Assembly (NCBI GenBank): GCA_963834325.1
Contig: CAWIBL010000012.1
Coordinates: 2,501,612-2,565,611 of the forward strand
Length of the DNA stretch: 64,000 nt
Source: an uncultured Acidobacteriota bacterium
GTDB lineage: Bacteria > Acidobacteriota > Vicinamibacteria > Vicinamibacterales > UBA2999
Direction of reading: 5' to 3'
The notes under the pieces are model-generated. The model ran no database searches and was not told the origin of the DNA. It was given only the letters and a program-made list of their open reading frames with translations. Within the stretch, counting starts at the first letter, position 1. Each line of letters begins with the position of its first letter. This document shows, piece by piece, positions 1 through 9,907 of this stretch. The translations under genes and the position numbers were made by a program.

Positions 1-374
1 CCCAGCCGCAAGGTGACGTCGCCGCCGAGCGCCGCGCGGTCGTAGACGCCGTAGGGCCACTGACACTGGAGCGAGCAGAGGTTCACCGCATCGACCAGGC
101 TGTTGACGCGCGGGAACGGGTCGCCGCGGCGCACGCGCCGCAGCAGCGCTTCGTTCGACGGACGCGTCTTGGTGGGGTCGAGGCCGATGCGGCGGTACAT
201 CTCGCGCACCGCCTGGGTGTCGGCGGGCGGCGCCGCCACGACCGCCGCCACGACCGGGCCGATCTCGGCGGCGAGCCCCGGCGAATCCGCCGTCACCGCC
301 GCGCCGTCCCACCACAGCACGCCCGGGCGCACGACCCGGGCCAGTTCGGGCTCGACGGCAAAAGCAGCGGTCAC
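1..374 (-). CDS. B3/B4 (PheT-like) tRNA-binding domain protein; C-terminal part lies outside the window
   Basis: The minus-strand frame is open from GTG (374..372) to the window edge. The translation ...REMYRRIGLDPTKTRPSNEALLRRVRRGDPFPRVNSLVDAVNLCSLQ... has the B3/4-domain signature. It is missing from the ORF track because it runs off the edge. The listed 103..423(+) ORF is the opposite strand of this gene. Confidence 0.55.
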   Translation of the reverse strand, partial: MTAAFAVEPELARVVRPGVLWWDGAAVTADSPGLAAEIGPVVAAVVAAPPADTQAVREMYRRIGLDPTKTRPSNEALLRRVRRGDPFPRVNSLVDAVNLCSLQCQWPYGVYDRAALGGDVTLRL

Positions 375-432
375 CAGAGAATTCTACCCTGACCACGCCG
401 GCACACTTCTGCCGTGCCTGTAGACTAAGGGG

Positions 433-1084
433 ATGCTCGATTTCCTGCTGCACGTCGACGAGCAGCTCGTCGCCATCGTGAACGCCGTCGGGGCCGTGGG
501 CCTACGCGGTGCTGTTTGCCATCATCTTCGCCGAGACCGGCCTGGTCGTGACCCCGTTCCTGCCGGGCGATTCCCTGCTCTTTGCCGCCGGCGCCCTGAG
601 CGCCACGGGGCTGCTGCGCGTCGAAGTGCTGATGCCGGTGCTGATCGTGGCGGCCGTGCTCGGCGATGCCGTGAACTATTCGGTCGGCAAGCGCGTCGCG
701 CACCTGTTCCTCGACCCGGCCGGCGGCGAGGTCGGCGGCTTCCTCGGGCGGTTCGTCAAGCGCAGCCACGTCGCCCAGGCGCACGCCTTCTTCGTGAAGC
801 ACGGCGGCAAGGCCGTGGTGCTGGCGCGCTTCGTGCCCATCGTGCGCACCTTCCTGCCGTTCGTGGCCGGCGGCGCCGACATGCCCTACCGGACGTTTGC
901 GTTCTACAACGTCACCGGCGCCGTGGCCTGGGTGGGCATCTGCGCGGGAGCGGGCTACGTCTTCGGCAACATCCCGGTCGTGAAGGACAACTTCGAACTG
1001 GTGGTGCTCGGCATCGTCGGCGTGTCGGTGCTGCCCATCCTCTACGAACTGCTGAAGATGCGCACGCGCCGCGAAGCTCACTGA
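433..1084 (+). pseudogene. DedA/SNARE-associated family inner-membrane protein; frame broken once as sequenced
   Basis: ATG 433 is preceded by AAGGGG. The N-terminus MLDFLLHVDEQLVAIVNAVG (frame of 433) continues as PWAYAVLFAIIFAETGLVVTPFLPGDSLLF... in the frame of ORF 509..1084. The jump lies in the GGGG run at about 491-494 and is of the one-extra-base type. Confidence 0.85.
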
Positions 1085-1837
1085 CCGCCGTCGGCCGTCC
1101 ACCGGGCCCGCGCACGGCATCCGGCCGCGACGACCCGCGACCGCCGCCAGTTCCCGCATCACCTCGGGGGTCGGTTCGACCTCGGCGGTCATGGCGATGG
1201 GGGCGTGCACGATCAGGCGCACGTCGCCAGGCCGGGTCGTGAGCTCGCCCTTCCGCATGACGTGGCGGCTGCCCACGACCGAGAGCGGCACGATCGAGAT
1301 GCCGGTCTGCACCGCCGGGAAGAAGCTGCCGGCCTTGAACGGCGCCACCAACCCGTCGCGGCTGCGCGTGCCCTCGGGAAACACGATGAGCGAGAGGCCG
1401 CGCGACGGCAGCGACGTCGCCCACCGGAAGATTCCCTGCCGGTCGGGGCGGCGGCGATCCACGAGCATGTGCCCCGAGCGCCGCAGGTGCCAGCCGAGGA
1501 TCGGGAAGCGCCCCAGCGACGCCTTGGCGATGATCCGCAACTGGAACGGCACCGAGGCAAACAGCACCGGGATGTCGTAGATGCTCTGGTGGTTGGCGAC
1601 AAACACGTAGGTCGCCCCGGGCGTGAGCTGCTCGAGCCCGGTCACGGCTACGCGCACGCCGGTCGTCGCCAGGATCAGCTGCGACCACCACTGCGCGCAA
1701 CGGTGCGCGAAATGCCCGTGCCCGCCGAGCAGCGTCGAGCTGATCGACATGGCTCCCAGTACGACCGTGTAGACCGCGATGGCGGGAATCAGCCAGAAGA
1801 CCGTGCGGAGGAGATGGAACGAGGGCACGCGGATCAC
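1078..1837 (-). CDS. plsC: 1-acyl-sn-glycerol-3-phosphate acyltransferase; 3-prime end uncertain
   Basis: GTG 1837 overlaps the radA stop (GTGA). The acyltransferase motifs NHQSIYD (HX4D) and FPEGTRS are present. This frame has no stop until 425 and there runs codon-for-codon antisense to dedA. A stop at 1080..1078 is reached only after a one-base frame change near 1090-1150, which is an inference. Confidence 0.75.
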
Positions 1838-3243
1838 CCGATCAGCAGGTCGAGGGCCTCGCCGACGTGGCGCACGCCCTCGAGGGTGGTGCCGGCCTCG
1901 TCGGCGCTGCGCCGGCTCTCGTCGTCGAGGTTGGCGGCCGGCAGGACGACGCGGGTGAAGCCCATCTGGCGCGCCTCGCGCAGGCGCAGCGGGGCCTGGG
2001 GCACGCCGCGCACTTCGCCGCCCAGCCCGACCTCGCCGAACACCGCGGTGCTCTGCGGGATGGGGCGGTTGCGCACGCTCGAGGTCAGCGCCGCCAGCAC
2101 GGCCAGGTCGGCGGCCGGCTCGTCGAGGCTCATGCCGCCGGCGATGTTCACGTAGACGTCCTCGCCGACCAGCACCAGCCCGGCGCGCTTCTCGAGCACG
2201 GCCAGGAGCAGCGACACGCGCCCGGTGTCGATGCCGACGGCCATCCGCCGGGCGGTGCCGTAGGTGGCCGTGCTGACGAGCGCCTGCACCTCCACGAGCA
2301 GCGGCCGCGAGCCTTCCACGCAACACAGCACGGCCGATCCGGGCGTGGCGGTGGGCCGCTCGGCCAGGAACAGCTGCGACGGGTTGGGCACCGCCTTGAG
2401 GCCGCCGCCGGTCATCTCGAATACGCCCAGTTCGCTGACCGCGCCGAAGCGGTTCTTGATGGCGCGCACGACGCGGTGCGAGTGGTGCCGCTCGCCCTCG
2501 AAGTAGAGCACCGTGTCGACCACGTGCTCGAGCACCTTCGGCCCGGCCAGGGCCCCGTCCTTGGTCACGTGGCCGACCAGGAACGTCGGCAGGTCGTGGC
2601 CCTTGGCCGTGAACAGGAACTGCGTCGCGGCCTCGCGCACCTGGCCGATGCTGCCCGGCGCCGACTGGAACTTGAGCGAGAACACCGTCTGGATCGAGTC
2701 GACGACGAGCATCCGCGGCCGGACCCGCCCGATTTCCTCGAGGATGCGCTCGACGCACGTCTCGGCCAGCAGATACAGCGGCGCGTCGCCGACGCCCAGC
2801 CGCTCCCCGCGCGACTTGATCTGGTGCTCGGATTCCTCGCCCGAGGCGTAGAGCACCGGACCGTGGACGCGCGCGAAGTTGGCCGCCGCCTGGAGCAGCA
2901 GCGTCGACTTGCCGATGCCCGGCTCGCCGCCGAGCAGCACCAGCGAACCGGGCACGATGCCGCCGCCGAGCACGCGATCGAACTCGTCGATGCCGGTGGT
3001 GAGACGGGCCGTCTCGCTGGCTTCGATGTCTGCGTACTTGACGGCGCCGGTGGCGCCGCCCGGCATCGAGTAGCGATGGCCTCCGGCCGCCAGTCCGCCG
3101 CCCCCGCCGCCGGCCAGCGTCTCGACCGGGCGTTCCTCGACGAACGAGTTCCACGCTTCGCAGTCGGGGCACCGGCCCAGCCACTTGCTCGCCTGGCTGC
3201 CGCACTCCTGGCACACGAATATGGGCTTGGGCGGCTTGCTCAT
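1834..3243 (-). CDS. radA: DNA repair protein RadA
   Basis: Intact 469-aa ORF. It has the N-terminal zinc finger CQECG...CPDC, Walker A GEPGIGKST, a KNRFG motif and a Lon-like C-terminal domain. Confidence 0.95.
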   Translation of the reverse strand: MSKPPKPIFVCQECGSQASKWLGRCPDCEAWNSFVEERPVETLAGGGGGGLAAGGHRYSMPGGATGAVKYADIEASETARLTTGIDEFDRVLGGGIVPGSLVLLGGEPGIGKSTLLLQAAANFARVHGPVLYASGEESEHQIKSRGERLGVGDAPLYLLAETCVERILEEIGRVRPRMLVVDSIQTVFSLKFQSAPGSIGQVREAATQFLFTAKGHDLPTFLVGHVTKDGALAGPKVLEHVVDTVLYFEGERHHSHRVVRAIKNRFGAVSELGVFEMTGGGLKAVPNPSQLFLAERPTATPGSAVLCCVEGSRPLLVEVQALVSTATYGTARRMAVGIDTGRVSLLLAVLEKRAGLVLVGEDVYVNIAGGMSLDEPAADLAVLAALTSSVRNRPIPQSTAVFGEVGLGGEVRGVPQAPLRLREARQMGFTRVVLPAANLDDESRRSADEAGTTLEGVRHVGEALDLLIG

Positions 3244-3316
3244 CCCGACGATCCTATCGCGGGTCGCCGCGCCGCGCGTCAGCCGCGCCGCGACAGCCCC
3301 GCCGCACCGCGCGACC

Positions 3317-4478
3317 TCAGTCGTAGCGGCGCTCGACGCGGGCGCCCAGACGGCACAGCACCTCGTAGGGGATGGTGCCGATCCACGACGCCATCTCGCG
3401 CGCGTCGATGGTCTGCGCCGCCCCCGGACCCTGGGTGCCCAGGAACACGACCTCGTCGCCGGGAGCCACGCCGTCGATGGCGCTGACGTCTACCGTGAGC
3501 ATGTCCATGCTGACGGCCCCGACAATGGGCGCGCGCCGGCCGCGCACGAGCGCCGCGCCGCGGCCCTCGAGCCGGCGGTCGAGGCCGTCGGCGTAGCCGG
3601 CCGGGACCACCGCGATGGTCGTCGGCGCCGTGGCCTCGTGGCGCGCGCCGTAGCCCACCCGCTCGCCCGTCCGCACCCCCTTCACCGCCACGACGCGGCT
3701 CGTGAGCGTCATGGCCGGCCGCAGCGCCAGGGTGGACGCGAGCGGCGGCGGCACCACGCCGTAGAGCAACAGGCCCGGGCCGCACCAGGTCGCCCCAGGT
3801 GCGCGAATCGCGCAGGCAGGCGGCGCTGTTGGCGGCGTGGACGAGGCGCGACCGGCCGTCGAGCGCCGCGACGGCGGCGACGGCGGCGGCAAAGCGCGTG
3901 CGCTGCGCTTCGAAGAGCACGTGTTCGGCGTCGTCGGCGGTGGCGAAATGGGTGAAGACCGCCGCCACGTCGAGCCACGGGCTGGCCAGCACCTCCGGCA
4001 GCGTGCGGCCGAGGTTGTCGTCGCGGAAACCCAGCCGGTTGAGGCCGGTGTCGATCTTGAGATGACAGGTCAGGCGCCGGCCGTGCGCCGCCGCTGCGGC
4101 CGCCAGCGCGCGCGCCGCCCCCGGGCTCGAGATCGTTGGCGTCAGGTCGTGCGTGAACAGCCCGTCGGGGTTGCTGACGCTGAGCGCGCCGAACACCAGG
4201 ATGCGGCCGCCGATGCCGGCCTCGCGCAACTGGATGCCTTCTTCGATGTCGGCCACCGCCAGCCAGGTGGCGCCGGCCTCGGCGAGGGCCCGCGCCACCG
4301 GGACGGCGCCGTGGCCATAGGCGTTGGCCTTGACCACGGCGATGATGCCGGGGGCCTCGGCGCGATCGGGCGCGGCCGCCCGGCCGAAGGCCGCATCCTG
4401 CGCCAGGTACGCCGCGAGCGCGCGGAAGTTGGCCTGCACCGCGGCAAGATCCACCCGCGCCGACGTGCAGCGGATCAC
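3317..4478 (-). pseudogene. alr: Alanine racemase; frame broken once as sequenced
   Basis: GTG 4478 overlaps the dnaB stop (GTGA). The N-terminal part (VVKANAYGHG PLP-lysine motif) is in ORF 3279..4478 up to ...DLVRPG. It continues as LLLYGVVPPP...GYADG...VSMDML...YEVLC in ORF 3317..3892. The junction is at CCCGGG 3774-3779. Confidence 0.9.
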
Positions 4479-5851
4479 ATTCCCGGGGCGAGGGGCATGA
4501 ACTTCGTCTGCCCCGCGATGAAGGCGGTCTTGACCGTGCCGGTCGGGCCGTTGCGCTGTTTGGAGATGATCAGTTCGGCGATGCCGTCGCTCTCGGCCAC
4601 CTCGGTCTTGTCGAGCTTGTACATCTCTTCGCGGTAGATCATGATCACCACGTCGGCGTCCTGCTCGAGGGCGCCTGATTCGCGCAGGTCCGACAGCATC
4701 GGGCGCTTGTCGGAGCGCCCTTCCGGGGCGCGGGACAACTGCGACAGCACCACGATCGGCACGCTCAGTTCCTTGGCCAGGCCCTTCAGCGACCGCGAGA
4801 TGGCGGCCAGTTCGAGGGTGCGATTCTCCGACTTGCCGCGGCCGGTCATCAGCTGCACGTAGTCCACGGCCAGGATGTCGAGGCCGTGTTCGGCCTGCAG
4901 GCGCCGGGCCTTGGCCCGCATCTCCAGCACGCCGACGCCGGCCGAGTCGTCGACGAAGAGCTGAGCCTCCGCCAGCGTCTCCATGGCGTGCGTGATCTGG
5001 CCGTACTCCCGCTGGCCGATCTGACCGCTGAGCAGCCGGAAGCTGTCGATCTTCGCTTCCGACGCCAGCATGCGCATGAACAGCTGCTCTTTCGACATCT
5101 CGAGGCTGAACACCCCGGCCACGCCGGTGCGCGGATGGCCGTAGGGCGCCGCGTGGGTGGCGACGTGCTGACAGACGTTGAGCACGAGGCTGGTCTTCCC
5201 CATCGACGGACGGGCGGCGACGATCACCAGATCGCCGGGCTGGAAGCCGCGGGTCATCTTGTCGAGGTCCGGCAGGTGGGTGCCGACGCCGGTGATGTGG
5301 GACTGGTGCTCGAACAGCTTCTCGATCTTCGGGAAGCTCTCCTGGACCAGCTGCCGCATCGGGACGAAGCCGGCCTTGACGCGGTCTTCGGCGACCGAGA
5401 AGATGGCGCCCTCGGCGTCGTCGAGGATGAGGTCGGCGTCCTGGTCGGCCTCGTAGGCATTGGCGACGATCTTGTTGGCGGCGTAGATCAGGCTGCGCAG
5501 CGTGGCCTTTTCCTTGACGATGCGCGCGTAGTACTCGACGTTGGTGGCCCGCGGCACGCCGTCGACGAGCGAGGCCAGGTAGGCGGCGCCGCCCACTTCC
5601 TCCAGTTCGCCGGCGCGGCCCAGCTCCTCGCGCAGGATCACGAAGTCGATGGCGCTGCGCCGTTCGACGAGGACGGTCATGCGCTCGAAGATGCGCCGGT
5701 GCGCGTCGCGGAAGAAGGCCGCCGAGGTGATGATCGCGATGGCGGTGTTGAAGGCCTCGTTGTCGAGCAGGATGGCGCCCAGCACCGAGCGCTCGGCGTC
5801 GAGGTTGTGCGGGAGGGTGCGTTCGTGGGCGGCGACGGCGGTTTCGGCCAT
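4475..5851 (-). CDS. dnaB: Replicative DNA helicase DnaB
   Basis: Intact 458-aa ORF. It has the N-terminal LPHNLDAERSVLGAILLDN motif and Walker A ARPSMGKTS, and sits in the rplI-dnaB context. Confidence 0.95.
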   Translation of the reverse strand: MAETAVAAHERTLPHNLDAERSVLGAILLDNEAFNTAIAIITSAAFFRDAHRRIFERMTVLVERRSAIDFVILREELGRAGELEEVGGAAYLASLVDGVPRATNVEYYARIVKEKATLRSLIYAANKIVANAYEADQDADLILDDAEGAIFSVAEDRVKAGFVPMRQLVQESFPKIEKLFEHQSHITGVGTHLPDLDKMTRGFQPGDLVIVAARPSMGKTSLVLNVCQHVATHAAPYGHPRTGVAGVFSLEMSKEQLFMRMLASEAKIDSFRLLSGQIGQREYGQITHAMETLAEAQLFVDDSAGVGVLEMRAKARRLQAEHGLDILAVDYVQLMTGRGKSENRTLELAAISRSLKGLAKELSVPIVVLSQLSRAPEGRSDKRPMLSDLRESGALEQDADVVIMIYREEMYKLDKTEVAESDGIAELIISKQRNGPTGTVKTAFIAGQTKFMPLAPGM

Positions 5852-5858
5852 GGGCAGA

Positions 5859-5903
5859 GCGGGACTCGGAGCCCGGGACCCGGGTTCGGGCCCGGACCGC
5901 GAG
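5859..5903. repeat. GC-rich about 45-nt unit, copy A (imperfect direct repeat of 6011..6055)
   Basis: Sequence gcgggactcggagcccgggacccgggttcgggcccggaccgcgag. It shares the blocks ggactcg, gggacccggg, cccgg and ccgcgag in the same order with copy B. By hand alignment with small gaps it is roughly three quarters identical. Confidence 0.4.
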
Positions 5904-5969
5904 AAGAGGAACTGTACGCTCGACGCTCGGGCGGGTTCAAGGCGGAATTGACCTGGCGTGATCCAGGCC

Positions 5970-6008
5970 GGAAAAGAGAACGGCCGGACGCCGTCGTGGC
6001 GTCCGGCC
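5970..6008 (-). terminator. Rho-independent terminator of the rpsF-rpsR-rplI unit
   Basis: On the minus strand there is an 11-bp GC stem, ggccggacgcc / ggcgtccggcc (5982-5992 with 5998-6008), followed by GUUCUCUUUUCC (complement of 5970-5981). It lies 50 nt past the rplI stop. Confidence 0.7.
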
Positions 6009-6010
6009 GA

Positions 6011-6055
6011 TGCGGACTCGTATCGGGACCCGGGACCGTGGTCCCGGGCCGCGAG
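6011..6055. repeat. GC-rich about 45-nt unit, copy B
   Basis: Sequence tgcggactcgtatcgggacccgggaccgtggtcccgggccgcgag. It contains its own hairpin cccgggac/gtcccggg and lies directly after the rplI stop. Confidence 0.4.
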
Positions 6056-6058
6056 CGG

Positions 6059-6502
6059 TTATTCCTTGGCGATAGTGACCTTGAGCTGCGCGGTCACGTC
6101 GCGGTGCAGCTTGACCGGCACCGTGAACTCGCCCAGCGCCTTGAGGGCGTCGGGCAGCAGGATCTTGCGCTTGTCGACGTCGAAGCCCTTGGCCTTGACG
6201 GCGTCGGCGATGTCCTGGCTGGTCACCGAACCGAAGAGGTTTCCGGTCTCGCCCACCTTGCGGGTGAACGCCAGGTCCAGGGCCGACAGCCGCGTGGCGA
6301 TGGCTTCCGACGACGAGCGCTCCTCGGACTCGCGGGCCTCGGCGATCTTGCGTTCGCGCTCGACCCGCTTCTTGTTCGCCTCGGTGGCGAGCAGGGCGAG
6401 CTTGCGCGGCAGCAGGTAGTTGCGGGCGTAGCCGTCGGCGACCTTGACGATCTCGCCGCGGGTCCCCAGGTGTTCGACGTGGTCGCGGAGGATGATTTCC
6501 AT
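6059..6502 (-). CDS. rplI: 50S ribosomal protein L9
   Basis: Intact 147-aa ORF MEIILRDHVEHLGTRGEIVKVADGYARNYLLPRKLA.... Confidence 0.95.
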   Translation of the reverse strand: MEIILRDHVEHLGTRGEIVKVADGYARNYLLPRKLALLATEANKKRVERERKIAEARESEERSSSEAIATRLSALDLAFTRKVGETGNLFGSVTSQDIADAVKAKGFDVDKRKILLPDALKALGEFTVPVKLHRDVTAQLKVTIAKE

Positions 6503-6511
6503 GGTCCCCTC

Positions 6512-6817
6512 CTACTCGGTCACGTAGGGCAGCAGCGCAATCTGGCGTGCCCGCATGATGGCCGTGCGCAGCTTGCGCTGGTGCAGCGCGCAGGTGCCCG
6601 AGATGCGCCGCGGCAGCACCTTGCCGCGTTCCGGCACGAAGCCGGACAGCATCCGCATGTCCTTGTAGTTGATGTCGTCCACGCGCTCCGCGCAGAACTT
6701 GCAGACCTTGCGGCGGCGGAACATCCCGCGGCGCGGGCCGTCCTTCTTGTCGCCGGCCGCCTTGGCGCCCCGGCCGCGGCCCTTGCCGGCCGGTCCTGAC
6801 TTCTTTGCAAATGCCAT
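6512..6817 (-). CDS. rpsR: 30S ribosomal protein S18
   Basis: Intact 101-aa ORF with ...[45 protein letters not shown].... Confidence 0.95.
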   Translation of the reverse strand: MAFAKKSGPAGKGRGRGAKAAGDKKDGPRRGMFRRRKVCKFCAERVDDINYKDMRMLSGFVPERGKVLPRRISGTCALHQRKLRTAIMRARQIALLPYVTE

Positions 6818-6822
6818 GATCT

Positions 6823-7275
6823 CTATGCCTCCGTCGGATCGAAACCGTCGCGGTCGTCGTCATCGCCGTCCTGCGCCTGCGGGCCCTCACCGGGCTGGCG
6901 GTCGGGCGGCAAGCCACGCGCGACGCGACGCCGGCGGGAGTCTTCCACACGAATGTTCTTGGCGCGATCGGCCTTGCGCTCGTGCTCGTCGACCCGGACG
7001 ATCAGGTGACGCAGCAGGCCTTCGGTGTTGCGCAGCCGCCGGTCGATTTCCTTCATCAGTTCGCCCGAGCCGGCAATCACGTGCAGGACGTAGAAGCCCT
7101 CCTTGTGGTCGCCGATGTCGTAGGCGAGCTTGCGCCGGCCCCACGGGTCGGTCTTCTCGAGGGTCCCGCCCACCTTCGCGATGATGGTCTCGACCTGCGC
7201 CTGCTGGTCGGCCACCTCCGCCTCGGTGGCATCGGGCTTCATCACGTATACGAGTTCGTACTTCCGGTCGCTCAT
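6823..7275 (-). CDS. rpsF: 30S ribosomal protein S6
   Basis: [15 protein letters not shown]... starts at ATG 7275, preceded by AAGGAGAACGG. The acidic tail is [15 protein letters not shown]. The track ORF start at 7326 would add 17 unconserved residues. Confidence 0.9.
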   Translation of the reverse strand: MSDRKYELVYVMKPDATEAEVADQQAQVETIIAKVGGTLEKTDPWGRRKLAYDIGDHKEGFYVLHVIAGSGELMKEIDRRLRNTEGLLRHLIVRVDEHERKADRAKNIRVEDSRRRRVARGLPPDRQPGEGPQAQDGDDDDRDGFDPTEA

Positions 7276-7354
7276 CCGTTCTCCTTGTGGACTCGCCGGG
7301 CGCGCCGCGCGCGCCGGCTTGGCCACCGTAGTGGCAAGGAGACCTTCCGGGCCG

Positions 7355-7948
7355 TCAACCGACGGCGCCGGGGTCCTGCTTGTCGTTGGCTGCGTTGAAC
7401 GCGTTCATCACGCGCTCGATGCCCTCGGTGACGAACATCATCGAGGCATCGGCGGCCCGCAGCACGGCCGCCTCCACTTGTCCGCGTTCCTCCCCGGCGA
7501 ACTTGCCGAGGACGTGATCCGCGAGTTCCCGCCGCCCGTCGCCCCGCCCCACGCCGATGCGCAGGCGCGGCACGTCGCGCGTGCCCAGGCGTCCGATGAT
7601 CGACTTCAGCCCGTTGTGGCCGCCGTCGCTCCCCCCGCGTCCCGCCCGGACGCGACCGAGCGGCAAGGCCACTTCGTCGAGCACCACGAGCGTATCGGGA
7701 ACGGACACCTTGTAGAACCCCAGAAGGCCGGCGACGGACTCGCCGCTGAGGTTCATGAACGTCATCGGCTTGGCGACCAGCACCGCCTCGTCGCCGAGCC
7801 GCACCTTGGCCACCAGGGCCTGGTGCTCGTTGCGCCACTGATCCACGTGCCAGCGGCGCGCCAGTTCGTCGATGATCTGGAAACCCACATTGTGACGCGT
7901 CTGCTCGTAGCGCGCGCCTGGATTGCCCAGTCCGACGACGAGCTTCAC
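7355..7948 (-). CDS. pth: Peptidyl-tRNA hydrolase
   Basis: Intact 197-aa ORF MKLVVGLGNPGARYEQTRHNVGF.... GTG 7948 overlaps the rplY stop (GTGA). Confidence 0.95.
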   Translation of the reverse strand: MKLVVGLGNPGARYEQTRHNVGFQIIDELARRWHVDQWRNEHQALVAKVRLGDEAVLVAKPMTFMNLSGESVAGLLGFYKVSVPDTLVVLDEVALPLGRVRAGRGGSDGGHNGLKSIIGRLGTRDVPRLRIGVGRGDGRRELADHVLGKFAGEERGQVEAAVLRAADASMMFVTEGIERVMNAFNAANDKQDPGAVG

Positions 7949-8629
7949 TTCTTCGGCTTGTCCTTGGCTTCGGGTTCCTTGTCGGTCTTGCCCTTCTTGG
8001 CCACTTCCGGCTCGGCCGCAGCCGTCGCGGCGGCGCCGTCAGCGGGTTCGGCGACGACCTTGGCCGACACGACGTGCACCAGCATCAGGTCGGTCTCGCT
8101 GAGCGGCACCCACGTGGCGTTGGCGGCGATGTCCCGCACGTAGATCGCCTGGCCGACCTCGAGCTCGCTGACGTCGACGTCGACGTGCTCGGGAATCTGC
8201 GTGGGCAGGCACTCGACTTGGATTTCCTTGTGCAGGAACTCGAGCACGCCGTCCTGCTGCTTGACGCCCTTCGGCTCGCCGTGCAGCACGATCGGCACGC
8301 TGATCGAGATCTTGCGTTCGAGGTTCACCCGGTAGAAGTCGGCATGCAGCAGGTGCTGCGTGACCGGATCGAGCTGGTACTCGCGGACCAGCACGCGCTG
8401 CGTGCTCTCGCCGGCGACGTTCAGCGTGATCAGCGTGTTGGCGCCCGAGGCCGAATGGAGGATGCGCATCATCTCCTTCGGACTCACCGCGACCTGCGTC
8501 GGAGCGATGTCGTCGCCCGCCTTCTGGGCCCCGTAGACCACGGCCGGCAGTTGTCCGGCGGCGCGGAGCCGACGCGCTTCGTTCTTGCCCTTGCCCGACC
8601 GCTTGACTGCCTCGAGTATCGACTTCCAT
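7945..8629 (-). pseudogene. rplY: 50S ribosomal protein L25/Ctc; frame broken just after the start codon as sequenced
   Basis: ATG 8629 has the SD GGAACGAGGG. The conserved N-terminus ...ILEAVKRSGKGKNEARRLRAAGQLPAVVYG is open only in the frame one base downstream and joins ORF 7945..8541. That frame has no canonical start upstream of residue V(8541). An extra G in ATGGAAG (about 8625) would explain this. Confidence 0.85.
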
Positions 8630-8728
8630 GACTTCGAACCCTCGTTCCTAGCCGTATCAACCGGGGCGCTGGCCGCTAGACGCCAGCCGCCGTGTGCCTG
8701 CCCCGGGCCCGCCGGGCCCGGGCTGTCA

Positions 8729-9682
8729 CTACACGAACAGTGAGGACACCGATGTCTCTTCGTGGATGCTGCGGATGGCCTGCCCGAGCAGGCGCGCCAC
8801 CGACAGCTCCTCGATCTTGTCGCACCGGGCCCGCTTGTCCTCGAGCGGGATGGTGTTGGTCACAATCAGCTTGTCGAGCGGCGATTTCTCGATGCGCTCG
8901 ATGGCCGGGCCCGAGAGCACGCCGTGCACGGCGCACGCCAGCACGCGTTCGGCGCCCGAGTCCTTCAGCGCCTGCGCTGCCTTCTGGATGGTGCCGGCGG
9001 TGTCGATGATGTCGTCGGCAATCACGCAGGTGCGCCCGCGGATGTCGCCGATGACGTTCATCACTTCGGCCGTGCCGTCTTCCGAGCGGCGCTTGTCGAT
9101 GACCGCCAGTTCGGCGCCCAGGCGCTTGGCGTAGGCCCGCGCGCGTTCGGCGCCGCCGGCGTCGGGGGCGACGATGCTGAGATTCTTCAGGTCCTGGCGC
9201 GACAGGTAGTCGATGATGATCGGCGCGGCGAAGAGGTGGTCGACCGGGATGTCGAAGAACGCCTGAATCTGGGCCTTGTGCAGGTCCATCGTCAGCACGC
9301 GGTGCGCGCCAGCGGCGGCAATCACGTTGGCCACGAGCTTGGCCGAGATGGGCACGCGCGGCTTGTCCTTGCGATCCTGACGGGCATAGCCGTAATACGG
9401 AATCACCGCCGTGATGCGCGCCGCCGACGAGCGGCGGAAGGCGTCGATCATGATCAGCATCTCGACGATGTGCTGATCGACCGGCGCGCAGGTCGGCTGC
9501 ACCAGGAAGATGTCGGTGCCCCGGATGTTCTCGTCGATCTGGAACGAGACTTCGGTGTCGGGGAAGCGGCGAAGCCGGGCCTGCCCCAGGGGCACGCCAA
9601 GGAACTGGGCAATCTCGCGGGCCAGACGCGGATGCGCACTGCCGCTGAAAATCTTGAGATCCCCGAAACCCGTCTGTGGCAT
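8729..9682 (-). CDS. prs: Ribose-phosphate pyrophosphokinase
   Basis: Intact 317-aa ORF with motifs YYGYARQDRK and DLHKAQIQAFFDIPVDHL and PRPP loop VIADDIIDTAGT. Confidence 0.95.
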   Translation of the reverse strand: MPQTGFGDLKIFSGSAHPRLAREIAQFLGVPLGQARLRRFPDTEVSFQIDENIRGTDIFLVQPTCAPVDQHIVEMLIMIDAFRRSSAARITAVIPYYGYARQDRKDKPRVPISAKLVANVIAAAGAHRVLTMDLHKAQIQAFFDIPVDHLFAAPIIIDYLSRQDLKNLSIVAPDAGGAERARAYAKRLGAELAVIDKRRSEDGTAEVMNVIGDIRGRTCVIADDIIDTAGTIQKAAQALKDSGAERVLACAVHGVLSGPAIERIEKSPLDKLIVTNTIPLEDKRARCDKIEELSVARLLGQAIRSIHEETSVSSLFV

Positions 9683-9732
9683 TGCGCGTTGCTACGTTCG
9701 CCGGACCCGCCGGCAGAACCCCTCGAAAAAGT

Positions 9733-9807
9733 TGGTTGGGGCGGAAGGATTCGAACCTTCGATAACGGGCTTCAAAGGCCCGCGCCTTACCGCTTGGCCA
9801 CGCCCCA
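9733..9807 (-). tRNA. tRNA-Gln (anticodon UUG), CCA encoded
   Basis: Minus-strand sequence TGGGGCGTGGCCAAGCGGTAAGGCGCGGGCCTTTGAAGCCCGTTATCGAAGGTTCGAATCCTTCCGCCCCAACCA. Hand folding gives a 7-bp acceptor stem, anticodon stem CGGGC/GCCCG with loop CUUUGAA, and T arm GAAGG-TTCGAAT-CCTTC. Confidence 0.9.
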
Positions 9808-9907
9808 TCACCCTTGGCCGGATTGCCAAGCCCGCGATCATCGGCCGCGCCGCGGCCCGGATCCGCGACCCGGGGCTCTGCGCGGCCCTCTTCTACGGCC
9901 GAAACCC

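Noticed and set aside
103-423. 106-aa plus-strand ORF at the left edge
   Set aside because: The opposite strand encodes a recognisable B3/4-domain protein over the same bases. The plus-strand translation is Ser/Arg/Thr/Ala-rich with no motif.
425-3214. 929-aa minus-strand ORF, the longest ORF at the left end of the window
   Set aside because: It is a chimera of reading-through frames. It is in frame with plsC only over about 1085-1837. Elsewhere it is codon-for-codon antisense to dedA or out of frame across radA. The translation there is Arg/Gly/Ala/Pro-rich with no motifs. The intact 469-aa radA ORF explains 1834-3243.
7276-7326. Upstream start codons given by the ORF track for rpsF (7326), OsmC (46536), cspA (18848), cytochrome c (54999), the secreted protein (53884), glcD (59690), RluA (49318) and FmdB (56648)
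   Set aside because: In each case a downstream start is preceded by a Shine-Dalgarno-like GGAGG/GAGG element or coincides with the conserved family N-terminus. The extra residues are unconserved and Arg-rich.
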